From Eledone cirrhosa (taxonomy: Eukaryota): 64,000 nucleotides of DNA. Each line of letters begins with the position of its first letter. Position 1 is the stretch's first letter. The notes under the pieces are model-generated. The model was not told where the DNA came from and did no database searches. It saw only the letters and a program-made list of their open reading frames with translations. Positions 1 to 17,944 of this stretch are shown one piece after another. A program made the translations under genes and the position numbers. The stretch is taken from positions 225,618,001 through 225,682,000 of the forward strand of contig OZ024743.1 of assembly GCA_964016885.1 (NCBI GenBank), written 5' to 3'.

Positions 1-1277
1 GGCCTTGTGCCAAAAGTAGAAACAATTATTATTATTAATAGGGCTAAACACAATGGATCATGCCATGCTGTTTTCGTCACTTGTTTTAAAATTTGGTTAT
101 ATTTTTGTCAACAATTATCACACAATTTTGATACAATCGATTATATAAGGTTGTGTTCTATCCGCCGGAGAAATACTTTTTCTGTAATCATCGTGGAGTT
201 CAAATCCCACCTCCTTCTGCCAGGCGTTATGACTGGCAGATAGTATCAGCAATGGAAAAAAACCAACAGGAAATATTATTTCCTTGGTCCAATCTGATTG
301 TCTCATTTTCCTTAATCTAACCCCACATCCTGATTATTTCTATTTCAAGATCCTTGTTTATCAACTACCTTTATTGTGGTCAGAAGGGACCAAGGTATCT
401 ATTAGAGTGCAGTGATATTTATTCCTGTTCTTGATCATTATATCTTTGATATCTTTGTCAGTTTGAGCAGGTTTGTTCCAGATTATTGCAAGTAGATCAT
501 TATCATGCATTGTCACAGGTACATGTTTAGACTACTTATTGGATTTCATGTCAATGTATGAGCATGTATCCCAAATTGACATAGGTATAAACTTAGTTGT
601 GCTGAGGTTATCTTTGCTTTTTATCCTTACGGTGTCGATAAAATAAAGCACCAGTTACTCTCCTAAAATTGGTGACCTTCTGCCTATAGTAGAAATCATT
701 ATTTTGTTGATATCTAGAGCAGTGGATTGGAAGTATCAGTAGAGCGTCAGACACAATGCTTTGCAACATAGTTATGGCCTTTTACGTTCTAAGTTCAAAT
801 CCCGCCAAGATTAGCTTTGTCTTTCATCCTTATAGGGTCAATAAAATAAAGCACCAGTAATGCTCTGGAGGCAATTTAACTGACTCTCCCCTCCCCTTCA
901 AATTGCTGATATTTTGTTGATATCTTTGTCTGTCTGAGCAGGTTTGTTTCATATTATTGTAGGCAGACAGATCATTGGCATGTACCGTAGTTTTCTTGAT
1001 CTAGTTTGATGATCAGCTCCTTTCTTTTAGTTATGTAATGTTAGGAGACATGTTTACTTGAGTGTCTATGATGCCAGAAATCAAAGTAAATTACTTGATG
1101 GATTTTGTGACTACAGAAACACCCTGCTGAAATTTGAATACTAAAAACATTAAAAGAAATATTCACTGCTTTATGTAAAAATCAACAAGTATTTTATTAG
1201 TTTGCAGAAATGAGTTGAATTCTTCCCATAGGTATGGCATTGAGCAACTGCTTAAAAACAAAGAGATTTAACCCTTC

Positions 1278-1465
1278 CATTGGATTGGCAGTATCGGTAG
1301 AGGGTCTGACGTCATGCTTTGCACCAAAGCGTTACGGCCCTTTATGGTCTGAATTCAAATCCCGCCGAGGTTAACTTCGCCTTTCATCCTTACGGGGTCG
1401 ATAAAATAAAGTACCAGTAATACTGAGATAATTGCTGGCCTTGTGCCAAAAGTAGAAACAATTAT
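1278..1465 (+). mobile_element. tRNA-derived SINE (representative copy of a family with many copies in the window)
   Basis: tRNA-like head with a B-box-like motif (GTTCAAATCC in most copies), core gcctttcatccttacggggtcgataaaataaagtaccagt and tail gaaacaattatt. Other copies lie near 720, 2560(-), 18800, 30880(-), 35845(-), 40320, 40830, 41445, 54955 and 55150. Confidence 0.85.
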
Positions 1466-3165
1466 ATTTCAAATGAAAGATACTGCCTATTATTTTCAAA
1501 TCACTTTGAAAATACAAACAAATTTGTTGGGATTTAGTAATATAACTAATTCTCTCATGATGAAGTTGTTGTTTGGAGCATAATTTAATAAAGGTTCTTG
1601 ATAAAAAGTTTTTATATAAATATAAACAATTAAAATAAATATTGTAAAACCAAGGGTGGTTTTATGAAGGTTAAATATGGGAGTCGTCAAAAGTGATTTG
1701 TTGAAAATATGCCGAGTGATAAGGGTCATCAATAAGTGATTTTTGATTATTATGCCATACTTAAAAAGTATAAAAATTCAATTTTAATTGATTTTATATA
1801 TATTTTTTGACTGCTAGTGAGCCAAGCACAAACATTAATTAGCATATTAAAGGTTAAAGACTGGACATTAATGCTGCTTTAATATGTGTGTGTGTGTGTG
1901 AAAGAGAGAGAGCGAGGTTGTAATTAAAGTGATGTGCCCTTTTTACTATATTGTCTCTGCTTGATAGCCAAGCACTTTACAGAGTCAGACCTGACAATCT
2001 CTAAAAACCCAAATGGGGGAGTATGAAAAAAAATGCCCCAAAACGGGGAGATTTTACATAATGAAAGCTATACCCATTTTCACAAGAGAAGACATCTCTC
2101 ACCCACACTAAAGTAGGTGGGATATCTCTCTGTCAGGCAGGGAGAGTTGACAGGTCTGCAGTGTGTACTAAGTGCATTTTGTCATGGCACCAACACTATA
2201 AAGGTTGTAAAACCTTGCCAGGTCCAAAGAGTTCACTGTATCCTGTGTTGTCATGGTTTGTTATTCAATGAGTGTATAAATAACTGTGGAGTGTATGATG
2301 AATGTGACTACAGTGATGATGAAATGAAAAATGAAATTTACAGCTCACACCTATGAAAGTTTAATTGGCCTCCTAAGAGGTTTCATATCATACTAGATTT
2401 CTTGAGTATTTTAATGAGAGGGGCCGCAATTCCATAACGAAAAGCAATGTGAAATAAATATCTTATTCAATAACACATTGCACCACCTGGTACAGGATCC
2501 AAACCTATGAATTTATGATCATGAGTCTAATACCTTAACCAGTATGCCATGTAATAATTGTTTTTACTTTTGGCACAAGGCCAGCAATTACCCAGTACAT
2601 TACTGGTACTTTATTTTATCGACCCCGTAAGGATGAAAGGCAAAGTTGACCTCGGCGGGATTTGAATTCAGAATGGAAAGGGCCGTAACTCTATGTGTCA
2701 AAGCATGACGTCCGACCCTCTACTGATACTGCCAATCCACCTGTAATAATGATGATCGACATATGAGAGTATGAATGAATGAATGTGTATGAATAAAGTG
2801 AGCAAATGAATGTGTGTTGCTGTATAAATGCATTAATATATCACTCTAATAAGGGCCATGAGTGCTCGCTATCATCCTCTGATGAAATCATTAAAAACAT
2901 ACACACATACACAAAGAAAAGAAAAGTGAAAACAAAATATAACAAATGTAGAATCGAGTGTTCAGTTGCAATACAAAAATGTCTGTGGTAGATTTGAACT
3001 GAAAGTCTCATAAGGCACAATAGGAATTTTGTTGCTGATTGAGGGCAGTTGATGGACAGTTGTGTTACAATAATGTTGAGGGCAGTAGATAGACAGAAGT
3101 GTTGGATCAAATGTCTTGTAATAAAGTAGATACCAGTGAAGAGCCAGGTATCAATTCTTAACCAA

Positions 3166-3419
3166 CTATACACATCCTACACATCTGAGGCCTACATATA
3201 TTTTGTTGAGTAAATCTTTCCAGAAATCGACTCCATTGCTGTAATATATGTTTTTTATACAAACACCAAATATTCCGATGGCTAGTATACTACCAATAGT
3301 TCCATACAAGAGTGTGAGGCACCAAAAGGCAAAATAGAAAACATATGGATGGCAATAATATTCTGATGTAGGGTCATTTAATTTCACAACTCTGTTAAAC
3401 TTGAACACCGAAATGCTTC
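3166..3419 (-). CDS. TMEM272-like gene, last coding exon
   Basis: Polypyrimidine+AG acceptor at 3420-3421, phase 1. Reads (G)SISVFKFNRVVKLNDPTSEYYCHPYVFYFAFWCLTLLYG...CV*. The YC.P..Y.FAFW motif is typical of TMEM272-family proteins. Confidence 0.85.
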
Positions 3420-4175
3420 CTGAAAGAAAAGAATATTGATATAAATAATCAAAATATATAAATAAATAAACAAATAAATGATAACAAATAGAAAAATGAG
3501 TAAAAAGAATCTAAATAATGGTTTCTGCTTTAGGGACAAGGCCAACAATTTTGTGGGAGGGGAAAGTTGATTAAATCAACCTTAGTGCATTACTGGTACT
3601 TTATTTTATCGACTGGAAAAGCAGACATAAAATGGTAATGTTATTTATATTTATCTAAAAACCATCCAACATAGTTTCATGTAAGAACCATGGTTAAGTT
3701 ACGAGAAAGTTATTTATATTACTAAATCCTTCCACCTTCTAGATTATTTTCAAAATGATTTGGAAAGTAGTGCATTTCATTAGAAATATTGTAATAGAGG
3801 GGTTCAAACATAAGGACACATTAGATAATGTAGTACTAGAAAAAGATTGGATGTCATAGTTGAAACACATTTGATCATAGATCTGCTCAATCTGAGCTGA
3901 CCTGTGGCTAAACAACAAAGCTTTTGGTACTGAATCATGTCTCTAAACCCTGAAGCTGCCAAGAGTTATGAGCATTTTCCTTTTGTATGAACATGAACAA
4001 TGGTGATACCCATTTGGCAAGTTCGATTTGTGACACAGGTTTAATTCTTGGTGATATTTCATTTCACTGGCACCTCTTACTAACAGAAACATTGCTCCTT
4101 TATACTAAGCTTAGGTACTGACTTAGTCGGTGGCAACCCATCAAACCCTTACCAGCTTGGAAAAGTGGGTGTTAA

Positions 4176-4387
4176 CCCTTTTCATACCAACCCATCCAAT
4201 CCCAAACCTCCACTTGGTCTATGAAAGAAAACCACCCATTTTAAAGTGTTCTTATTTATGGATGTTAAACGGTGATGATGATATTACAAATACCATGTTA
4301 ATAATAAAATAATTAATAACTTTAGTAAATCCCTCAGAATTCTTTCTCGATAAATTCAAATACATTATAAATATTCTAATGAAAGGG
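4176..4387. mobile_element. piggyBac-type MITE
   Basis: TTAA|CCCTTTTCAT...ATGAAAGGG|TTAA: short TIRs with a TTAA TSD. Confidence 0.6.
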
Positions 4388-5229
4388 TTAAATGATGATG
4401 ATATATCTATATATTTTTAATTCTCTATTTTTCTTCTTATTTCAAAATATTTAATTTAATTTTTTTGTCTTTGTGCTGTCAGAGCTTAGCAACATGATAT
4501 CATTACTTTACCATTTAGCCTGAAAGAACTAAATAGTCTCTCTTCTTCTACCTTACTACCATGGTTACTGCTAATAAGAAGAATAACCAAACAATTTTTC
4601 ATTGCCACAACTTTCTACTTCATTCCATTCTATTATATTATATTACATTTTATTCTATTCAATAAAAATCAACAATTAATTCTTCAACAAGGAAAGATGG
4701 AAAAATATTCCTTATATTTAAAACAATTAAATAGTAAATTTGCTAGTTGTTTATCTGTTGTTGTTGTTGTCACTTTTATATTTTGTTTATGGTTTTCTTT
4801 GTTTGGGTGATGGCAGTGCACTCTTCTTCCTTCTCCCCCCCTCCTCCCCATCATCATCATCCTCCCTGTTAATTATTTTGTTTTTATTAATTTAATTACT
4901 CAAGGTAAATTTATTATTGCCAAAACCTTCATGGCATAAATGACAGATATTGATTAGAGAGGAAGATCTCAACGAATAATGACTTTTAGCATAAAATTCT
5001 TTGCTAAAATTATACACACACGCATATTGTATATACAAAATAGCTGTTGATAAAATGAGTCCGCGTTCGATCTTCATACAGACTCACATATTATGTAATG
5101 GATTGTTGATTTAGGATTCACAGAAACCAATCGAAGATATTCTCTAATATCTATCGATAAGGTGCAGGTTTGTATTAACCTGTTTGTATTTTCATTGTTG
5201 TAGTGGCTTCTGTGGCATTCTTCACTTAA

Positions 5230-5930
5230 CCACAGTTTTCAAGTTGTCACACCTTCAATGTATGTTTATTACTCTGAGATTTAACTAGGAACATAGTATA
5301 TAGCATAAGATGTACTGAGGGACAGTGTAGGAATAAAAATATAACATACATAGGTGAAACAGCCTGTAGCATTGGAGAAAGGATAAGTGAACACTGGCGA
5401 GAACTCCAGAATGGGAAAAACTCATCAGTACTCCACCAACATACCAAAAGAGAACGCAGAGATAAAAATTATATCCACACACAGAAAAGATGCAATGCAC
5501 AGACAAATCACAGAGGCAACAAATATAAACGAACTCCAACCAATGTTAAACAGAAAACATGAGTGGAATAACAACATCACAACTAGTAATTAAGGACAAA
5601 ATGGAGACATACAGACACACATAAAAACCAAACTAACAAAACAAATCAGGCACACACAGATAGAACAAACAACCAACTAGTGACAAGTAAATGAACACAT
5701 AAATAAATAAACACACACACACACGGATGTAATGCATATACAAACTAAGCACACAACACAAAAAAACAAGATGGTGTAGGATAGAACAAAGGAGAGACAC
5801 ATAAAATAAAAACCTAGTCACTGAGGAGGTCACAGAATGTGTGACGAAAGAGCTTTGACAATATATAAACAACCTTCCAATTATCGAACAAACCAACCAA
5901 CCAACCGGGAACTTATAATAAACAGACACA
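5230..5930 (+). mobile_element. Penelope-like element 3' fragment (GIY-YIG endonuclease plus 3' region)
   Basis: From 5284: TRNIVYSIRC...YIGETACSIGERISEHWRE, then a frameshift to ...RQITEATNINELQPMLNRKHEW. An HHR follows downstream. Confidence 0.85.
5817..5859 (+). ncRNA. Minimal type I hammerhead ribozyme in the Penelope terminus
   Basis: GTCA-CTGAGGA-G-GTCACA/TGTGAC-GAAA-GAG-CTT-TGAC. Stem I GTCA/TGAC; cleavage triplet CUU. Confidence 0.75.
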
Positions 5931-5941
5931 TGCACATATAT

Positions 5942-5997
<56 letters not shown>

Positions 5998-6245
5998 TAT
6001 AATATATATATATACACTTATGTGTATATATATGTATATATATATTTATATATATATATATATATATAACGAAGGAAATGTGGTAAGGAACCAGCTGGAC
6101 CATAACGCACCAAAGTACTCAATACTTAGGGTAGTAGAGTGGGTAATAGGAACGAGAAGGACCCCGACGGCTGAGCTCAAGCCGTTTCAAAACGGCTTGA
6201 GCTCAGCCGTCGGGGTCCTACTCGTTCCTATATATATATATATAA

Positions 6246-7080
6246 ATGAAAGGCAGGCTGTATGATGCCTGCATACGAACAGCAATGTTACATGGCAGTG
6301 AGACCTGGGCATTGTGTGCAGAGGATATACGCAGACTGGAGAGGAACAAAGCTTGCATGCTCCGCTGGATGTGTAATAGTAATATACGTGAACGGCAAAG
6401 CATAAACGAACTAAGGGAAAAATTAGAAATAAGAGGGATCAGATGTTGTTTACTCGAGAGAAGGCTACGTTGGTATGGTCACGTGATGCGCATGAAAGAC
6501 GACAGCTGTATAAAAAAGTGCAGGGCAATAAAAATAGACGGTAGCCACGGAGTAGGCAGACCCAGAAAAACCTGGGACGACTTGATAAATTCCGACCTCA
6601 CACACTTACACGTCTCCAAGACAATGTCACTGGACCGAGATCTTTGGCGCTACACAGTAATAGAGAAGACCCGCCTTACCTAAGTACAAAGTGAAACCTA
6701 CTACAGTCAGTCGGCACCTCTAACAAAATACACCCCCGTCCCACTACCCCCACCCCATCCACACCACCCCTTTCAATGTAAAGTTATGTTGGTACCACAA
6801 CATCCAGGCCGAAACAAATGAGGTCGTGAAGGTGTCATGACAAAAAAAAAACACACAGTCCACGCTGTAATGTGGCTGTGTAGGTAACACGGTAAAAACC
6901 TCCCAGTTCCACACTGTAAATGTGGTTGGTGTTAGGAAGGGCATCCAGCCGTAGAAAACCCGCCAGACAGTCCTATGCGAGCAAGATAACCACTCTTGCC
7001 TCAAGTGGGAAAACTCCCGTCCAAACCCATGCAAGCATGGAATATGGACGTTAAACGATGATGATGATGATGATGATGAT
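6246..7080 (+). mobile_element. RTE-clade LINE, 5'-truncated
   Basis: C-terminal RTE motifs [26 protein letters not shown] and DRDLWR, followed by a 3' UTR and a (GAT)n tail; inserted in (TA)n. Confidence 0.92.
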
Positions 7081-7104
7081 ATATATATATATATATATAT
7101 ATAT

Positions 7105-8915
7105 AGGAACAAGTAGGACCCCGACGGCTGAGCTCAAGCCGTTTCGATGGCTAATTCTGGACTAAATGAACATTTTTATCCTGGTAAATGGATAGCTGAA
7201 CTTCTCAGGGGGTAATTCCATATATGGTAAAAGTGATTGTCACAAGGATTGGTCAAAAGTTTGTTGTTAGGACACATGATTCTATCATGGCATTTTGTGG
7301 AAGGTAGGGGTAGCTGAACTTGCCAGTAGAAGAAAGAGGGAGAGGGAGTGGAGGAAACCCAGTCACGCGTTGAAAGTGGCAACTACAGCAGATTCTAAGG
7401 ATAGTGTATAGAAGGTCGAAAAAAGTATACTAGAGAAGGGGAAACATTACAAATGGTGTTTTCGACGGACCAACTCCTAAACAAGAAAGACGAACTGGTA
7501 ACTGCATGCAAACACAGATTGCGTAGGATTTACCTCACCCTCAAACCCCATAATGACCCGGGGGGGGGGGGGTAGACAAGGGTTGAAACACCCCACTTGC
7601 CGACTTTGTAAGAGATAGCCCTTGCTTACAAAGGTAGACGTAACTTTTTTATATATTTTTTAAATATATTTTTTATCGTTTCCTCTATATTTCCTTCTTC
7701 CCCCATCCCTTCCTAGTCCTTCCACCCCAGATCGCCTTTTGTCGTCGTTCTTTTCACCTTCTCGCCCACCCCGATGCAGCCCTTCGGTCCTCAGTACCCC
7801 CACCCCCCTTATTTTATGATAGAATTGGCCGATTCTGCTTTTTAGAGCAGATGTGCTAGACCCCAGATACTTGCTTTCTTCTCTGGTTGCTGCCCCATTT
7901 TCGTGATTTCTAGATTTCTTAGTAATATTTCTGCTTTAGTTTCTCGTATATCAGTATTTTTTGGGGGGGGATTCTGAATTAATTTTTCGTATTAGTTTTT
8001 CATATATATTGTACGAGTATTTATGTAGATTGTATTAGAATTTATGTATTGTAGCAGTATTTATATATATTGTATTAGTTTTTTATATTTATTGTATGAG
8101 TATTTATGTAGATTGTATTAGAATTTATGTATTGTAGCAGTACTTATATATATCGTATTAGTATTCATGTTTCGGGATTCTGAATTAATATTTCATATTA
8201 GTTTCGGGATTCTGAATTATTATTTCGTATTAGTTTTTTTTTTTTTAGTATGTTGGCCCTCTACTTGTTGACCTGTCATTGTAAGATAGATTTGGCCGAT
8301 TGCTACTAACTCATAAAATTATTTCACTACAATCTCGTATTTAGTATTCCTTCCCACCTATTAAACTTTTCTATAGTTTAGCAGTACCAGTGAGAGATTG
8401 TGGAAGGGGAATAGTAACCAGAAATTGTTTTTTTTTATATATCTTTTATATTTTCTAGATATTTACTCCATTTAGATTTACTTATTATTTCAACTTCCTC
8501 CCCTTCTCTAGTATACTTTTTTCGACCTTCTATACACTATCCTTAGAATCTGCTGTAGTTGCCACTTTCAATGCTTGACTGGGTTTCCTCCACTCCATCT
8601 CCCTCTTTCTTCTACTGGCAAGTTCAGCTACCCCTACCTTCCACAAAATGCCATGATAGAATCATGTGTCCTAACAACAAACTTTTGACCAATCCTTGTG
8701 ACAATCACTTTTACCATATGGAATTACCCCCTGAGAAGTTCGGCTATTCATTTACCAGGATAAAAATGTTCATTTAGTCCAGAATTAGCCATCGAAACGG
8801 CTTGAGCTCAGCCATCGGGATCCTACTTGTTCCTATTACCCACTCTACTACCCTAAGTATTGAGTACTTTGGTGCGTTATGGTCGATCTGGTTCCTTACC
8901 ACATTTCCTTCGTTA
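7105..8915 (+). mobile_element. 5'-truncated Penelope-like element with an inverted terminal (pLTR) copy
   Basis: 7105-7441 is the reverse complement of about 8498-8835. From 7441 the frame reads ETLQMVFSTDQLLNKKDELVTACKHR, the LLNK..EL...C.H C-terminal motif of PLE ORFs. Further pLTR pieces lie at 6068-6230 and 52336-52410. Confidence 0.8.
7118..7214 (-). ncRNA. Variant type I hammerhead in the pLTR (second copy at 8726-8823, + strand)
   Basis: ACCCC-CTGAGAA-long stem II-GAAAC-GGCT..AGCC-GTC-GGGGT. The core has A at position 8. Confidence 0.65.
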
Positions 8916-9040
8916 TATATATATATATATATATGTTTGTGTATGTATGTATGTATATATATATATGATTAATCACCTCGTTACACAGATGAGAAAACAA
9001 TATATTCTCGCCTGTTTTCAAGTCCAGCAGTCGCAAGAGT

Positions 9041-9099
9041 GGGAGGGATCGTCCTGATGAGTACCAATTAAGTTCGAAATGCATTGACAATTGTCCCCC
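9041..9099 (+). ncRNA. Minimal type I hammerhead ribozyme
   Basis: GTC-CTGATGA-GTAC(CAATTAA)GTTC-GAAA-TGC-ATT-GAC. Palindromic stem III ATGCAT; triplet AUU. Confidence 0.7.
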
Positions 9100-9164
9100 A
9101 TGCTTCAGCTCGACACCACCAGAGGGCGATAGCCCCGGTGTTTTGCATAGCTATGGCTTTCTAA

Positions 9165-11702
<2,538 letters not shown>

Positions 11703-11703
<1 letters not shown>

Positions 11704-12424
11704 TGCTCCGCTGGATGTGTAACAGTAATATACGTGAACGGCAAAGCATAAACGAACTAAGGAAAAAATTAGAGATAAGAGGGATCAGATGTTGTTTACT
11801 CGAGAGAAGGCTACGTTGGTATGGACACGTGATGCGCATGAAAGTCGATAGCTGTATAACAAAGTGCAGGGCAATAAAGATAGACGGTAGTCACGGAATA
11901 GGCAGACCTAGAAAAACCTGGGACGAGCTGATAAACTCCGACATCACACACTTACACCTCTCCAAGACAATGTCACTGGACCGAGACCTTTGGCGGTACT
12001 CAGTAACAGAGAAGACCCGCCTTACCTAAATATATAGTAAAACCTACTCCAGCCAGTAGGCATCTCTAACAAAATACACCCCGTCCCACCACCCCCACCC
12101 GATCCACACCACCCCGTTCTATGTAAAGTTATGTTGGTGCCGCGCCATCGAGGCCGAAACAAATGAGATCGTGTAGGTGTCACGACAAAAAAACACACAG
12201 TCCACGCTGTAATGTGGCCGTGTAGGCAACACGGTAAAAACCTCCCAGACCCACACTGTAAATGTGGTTGGTGTTAGGAAGGGCATCCAACTGTAGAAAA
12301 CCTGCCAGACAGTCCTATGCGAGCAAGACAATCACTCTTGCCTCAAGTGGGACTACCCCCGTCCAAACCCATGCAAGCGTGGAACACGGACGTTAAACGT
12401 TGATGATGATGATGATGATGATGA

Positions 12425-12425
<1 letters not shown>
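11703..12425 (+). mobile_element. RTE-clade LINE, 5'-truncated (second copy)
   Basis: Highly similar to 6358-7080; (GAT)n tail; embedded in (TA)n. Confidence 0.92.
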
Positions 12426-13600
<1,175 letters not shown>

Positions 13601-14148
13601 TGTAATAAACAACATAAGATAATTATTTCATTCACCAGTGGTTTCTTGAAGACAGATATTTATGTCTGTCTTCATTCATCAGATAAATATTTATTTATGA
13701 AGTAGTAATATGGATTTGAAAACAGAGTATAGGATAAATGAAAGTGAGGCTGAAATAAAATAATTGTTGGGCAAAAATTCGAGGGGAAAAATTTATAAAT
13801 AAATATCCAAATACATACACAAACTCACTCATATACGTAATAGAATGTAAACATATACATTCACACATAAGTATATGTGCGTCTGCATGGAAATACAAAT
13901 ACAGACATATGCGATTGATCTTTCACTCACATATACACAACGACACGTTGAGAAGTAGTTGGGGGACCAGATATAAATAAATAAAATCAAAAATCAAAAA
14001 TAAAGGATAGGAAAATAAAATGAAAGCAAAAAGGGGACGGGTTGACAATGAAAGGTGGGCAGAAATTAATGAATATATATATTTACACACATATATATAT
14101 ATACAAACATACGTATATATATATATACACACATATATATATATACAA

Positions 14149-14201
<53 letters not shown>

Positions 14202-14231
14202 TAAACGTATACATGCATACACACACACTCA

Positions 14232-14265
<34 letters not shown>

Positions 14266-14306
14266 GTGTATACATATAAACACAAATATATATACACACA
14301 CATGCC

Positions 14307-14338
<32 letters not shown>

Positions 14339-15058
14339 CAGACACATACACATATATACACATATGTATACACACGTAAAAGTACTCATAAATATACAAA
14401 AATACGCACACACACACATATAAGCATACATACAATATAAGGAAGAGGACATAACATGTACATACACACACACGTACATATAGACACGTGTACATGCACA
14501 TAAGTATATATATATATGTGTACATCCATACGTACCCACACGTATACGCATGCATACGCATGTATGTATAGTTATAGACATACTTAAGACAAACAATGTA
14601 AAGGAACTAAGTGAGGAAACACACTCAATTATAAAAATGACATAAAAATAAAAACATATATATATACTTAAAACATGGTGAGTGTGTAAGGACATGGGGG
14701 AGTATAACTAAAATAATCTAATATAAAATGAACAGGTGAGGGGGAAAAGAGTGTATAAATTATTAGTTGTGGTGGAAAGTAAATGTTTGTAAATAGATCT
14801 GGATAAAGGTATGTGGTTATAAAGTGTTTGTACACTGTTTACATCTGTAATAAGCCTTATACAATATTTACACCTGTTATAGGCCTTACATAATATTTAC
14901 AAACCTCACACACAATATTTTTATACTTTAAACAATGTTCACACCTGCAATAACTAGGTTAATTATAACCCCTGCTGTATATCTTCTCAATATCCACACC
15001 CATAACAAACCTAACATAATCAATTTCAGTCATAATGAATAAGACAATTTTGAAATAC

Positions 15059-15274
15059 CTGTAATGAGCCATATGAAGACAAACAGTGAGGCTATGTCAC
15101 CCAGCACCTTAAATCGTTTCTTGTATGATATGTCGTTGAAGATGGAGATGTCTTTACCTAAGGTGAAATACTTAAACAAGGAGTATGTTATCAACAGGGT
15201 CAAAATACAGCCATTTATTATCATGAATATTGGTATGAACAGTTGGCCTGGACAGGAGTGGCTGAAGTAGCTAC
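15059..15274 (-). CDS. TMEM272-like gene, internal exon (216 nt, phase 1-1)
   Basis: ctctttacag acceptor and GTATTT donor. Reads GSYFSHSCPGQLFIPIFMIINGC...LFVFIWLITG, matching the family pattern G..Y...CP....IP..L...G ... F.F.W.I.G. Confidence 0.88.
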
Positions 15275-16091
15275 CTGTAAAGAGATGGGGATAGAGAGAA
15301 ATAATAAGAAAACATTTAATAGCAGTAGCCAGGGCCATATTAACCCATGGCTAGGCTTCAAAGCTGTCAGTTACTTCACACCCTTTGCCTTTTGAACTTC
15401 AAGCTTTTACCCTACTACAGCAAAAAAACAAAACAATTGAAATAAAAACAATAATAAATAAATAAGCCCCTAGTCGCTGTGGGACACCTATGTATTAGAC
15501 TAGTCAGCTTTAATTATATTATGGTCTTGGCAGTAGCAGCAACACAACCATAATAACATCACTGCCTAAATAATTGTTTCTATTTTAAGTCACAAGGCTA
15601 GCAATTTTTGGGGGAGGGGAAAGTCGATTAAATCGACCCCAGTGCATTACTGGTTCTTTATTTTATCGACCATGTAAGGATGAAAGGCAAAGCTAACCTA
15701 ATAATATCAATAATAACAACAACATATATTGGACTATCGAGAGCCAAAGTTTTGTTAATTTATCCTCAGGTTCCTTGCAGCTAAGGTATTTTAGGCCTCT
15801 TCTGGTGCTTCAGTCTTTTGCCTCACTGCAGTTAAAATAATTGACAGACCCCGCTAAACCCTGCAAAGGCCCCTGGCTTCCATCTAGTCAGTCTTATGAA
15901 TTATATTGCCTTGCTGAGTGCTATTGCTTTTGTCTTTGCCACTAGCTAAATCCAGCACCAAGTTAATTATACACCTCCTAATTTTGTCACATTGTCAACA
16001 TAATACCATGTTCGTGTTAGACTGTAAACCAGCACTAACTAGGTTAATTATAACCCCTGCTGTATATCTTAACAAAAATGCCAGTACTTAC

Positions 16092-16151
16092 CAATAAAAA
16101 TGAGTGCAAAAATGAATGAAAACAACAGCAGACGAAATGTAAGTTTGACAA
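16092..16151 (-). CDS. TMEM272-like gene, internal exon (60 nt, phase 1-1)
   Basis: ttttttcag acceptor and GTAAGT donor. Hydrophobic VVKLTFRLLLFSFIFALIFI, in frame with the next exon. Confidence 0.8.
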
Positions 16152-16659
16152 CTGAAAAAAATAAAATGAAAAATGAGAGAGTTAATGACAGTGATTTGCA
16201 ACATTTTCACTAACACAGACCATTCTACAGCAATGTCTTCTCCCACATTGTGAGAATAACAATCAAAACAGGAAAGAATGCCTACACAATAGTGTGTGCA
16301 TGTTATATTTTTAACAAAGAACGTGAAACATTAACTTAGTTAATGGACCCCAGTACTATTTTCACGGACTCCCAGGAATCCATAGAGTGCATGTTAGGAA
16401 CTGTTGGTATAGACAGTACTCTCTCTCTCCACCTTTTTCATCAAGATCATAGATAGATAATGTGGTTGAAAGGAGAAGAGGTAGAGAAAGAGAGATGTAA
16501 ATATGAGAGGGAGAGAGAGAGTGAGAGGGAGAAAGAAGAAGTGATAAAGTGGAGAAGCATAATTGTTTGGGGAACTTTGCTAGTCTGGAAATGATGTTAA
16601 ACGATGATGATGATTATGTATGTATGTATGTAATTTAAGGGAGATCACGAATGTGGCAA

Positions 16660-16920
16660 CAGCAATTGATCAGTCAGTCGAACTCCCATTGTCATCTCCT
16701 CCATCTCTTTGGCCCTCCCATCTCTCCGTATAGTGAGCAAATGGGGTCCACCGTGCTGGCCTCCCCACAGCCCAAGTGGATAGAATGGAGAAGGTGTTTC
16801 CCCAGAGGATGGTAAGGGAGATGCGCTGGAAGAGCCAACTCGCGAGACTCACACTTGTGGCTGGCCAGCTCAGCGCCTGGGTTAGTCGCAGACTAGAACT
16901 CATAAGAGTCAACAGCCATC
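16660..16920 (-). mobile_element. 3' fragment of a CRE-like (restriction-like endonuclease) non-LTR element
   Basis: SWLFQRISLTILWGNTFSILST matches the WLFQRLS.A..RGNA tail. A related copy lies at 20760-20960(+). Confidence 0.6.
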
Positions 16921-17944
16921 CAAAAATGTGTAAATATGTATGTACATATGTATGTCTATGTATATGCGCGGGGACATAGAAATAGTCAGGCTGGATACCT
17001 GATTGCGTGTTTAAACCACTGGGAGTGAAGGACCCCTAACCTTTGTCATGGCATTCTTCTAGGAGAAGGCAACTCAGGAAACTGGGATAACTCCGACATA
17101 AAACCTGCGGCTCAGTAGTTACCGATGATGTTGATCTTTTCTTCTTTTCGGGTTATAGCTACTGTCGCTCAGAGAATGGGATTGGCTCAGTGCACAGTCT
17201 TTCTTCACTTTAAAAAATCTTTGCGCACAGGCATTACTAATAATGGTATATCGTGCAATGGCCATACTCGATAAGGAGGGGGCAGCCATCCTGTTTGTAT
17301 GTATGTGTGTATGTATATATGTATATTTATATGTTTGTATATATGTATATTTATATTTTTGTATATATATGATGTGTGTATATTTGTATGTGTGCCTGTA
17401 TTTATGCAATGTAACTTAGTAATTCAACAAAAATAGGTTAAATAAGTACCAGGTGTAAAAAACAAGTCCTGGAGTCAATATGATCAACCTACAGAAAAAT
17501 AGAAATAAGCCATTTAAAAGACAAAAACATCTAATACCATAAAAGATTGGTACTTACTCGTAATGAATAAATGTCGAAATTCATAGGAACAGCGATAGGA
17601 ACAGCATCGGTTATTATTTTGTGAATCTTGTCCCTGTTGTAATAACACTGAAATGGAATTATATACAGGTAAAATTCTGTTATAACAAATACCATTATAA
17701 CAAATTTTTCTTTAATCCCTGAGGTAATAACAAACAAATGCTCGATTTGTTTTGGTTGATCTCATTATAAAGAAGTATTCGTTATAACAAATTTTTTTTA
17801 TACTCTGTGAATTTTTTTATAATGGAATTTCACTGTGTGTGTGTGTGTGATGGCAACATGAATGGACCTGTTATTTTTCTCTAAAAACATTTTTTTCCAA
17901 TTCCATCCTGCTCATCCCTTCAATCTATCTAATATCTCATTTTT

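Noticed and set aside
1278-1380. tRNA gene suggested by A/B-box-like motifs
   Set aside because: This is the head of a dispersed SINE; no cloverleaf could be formed.
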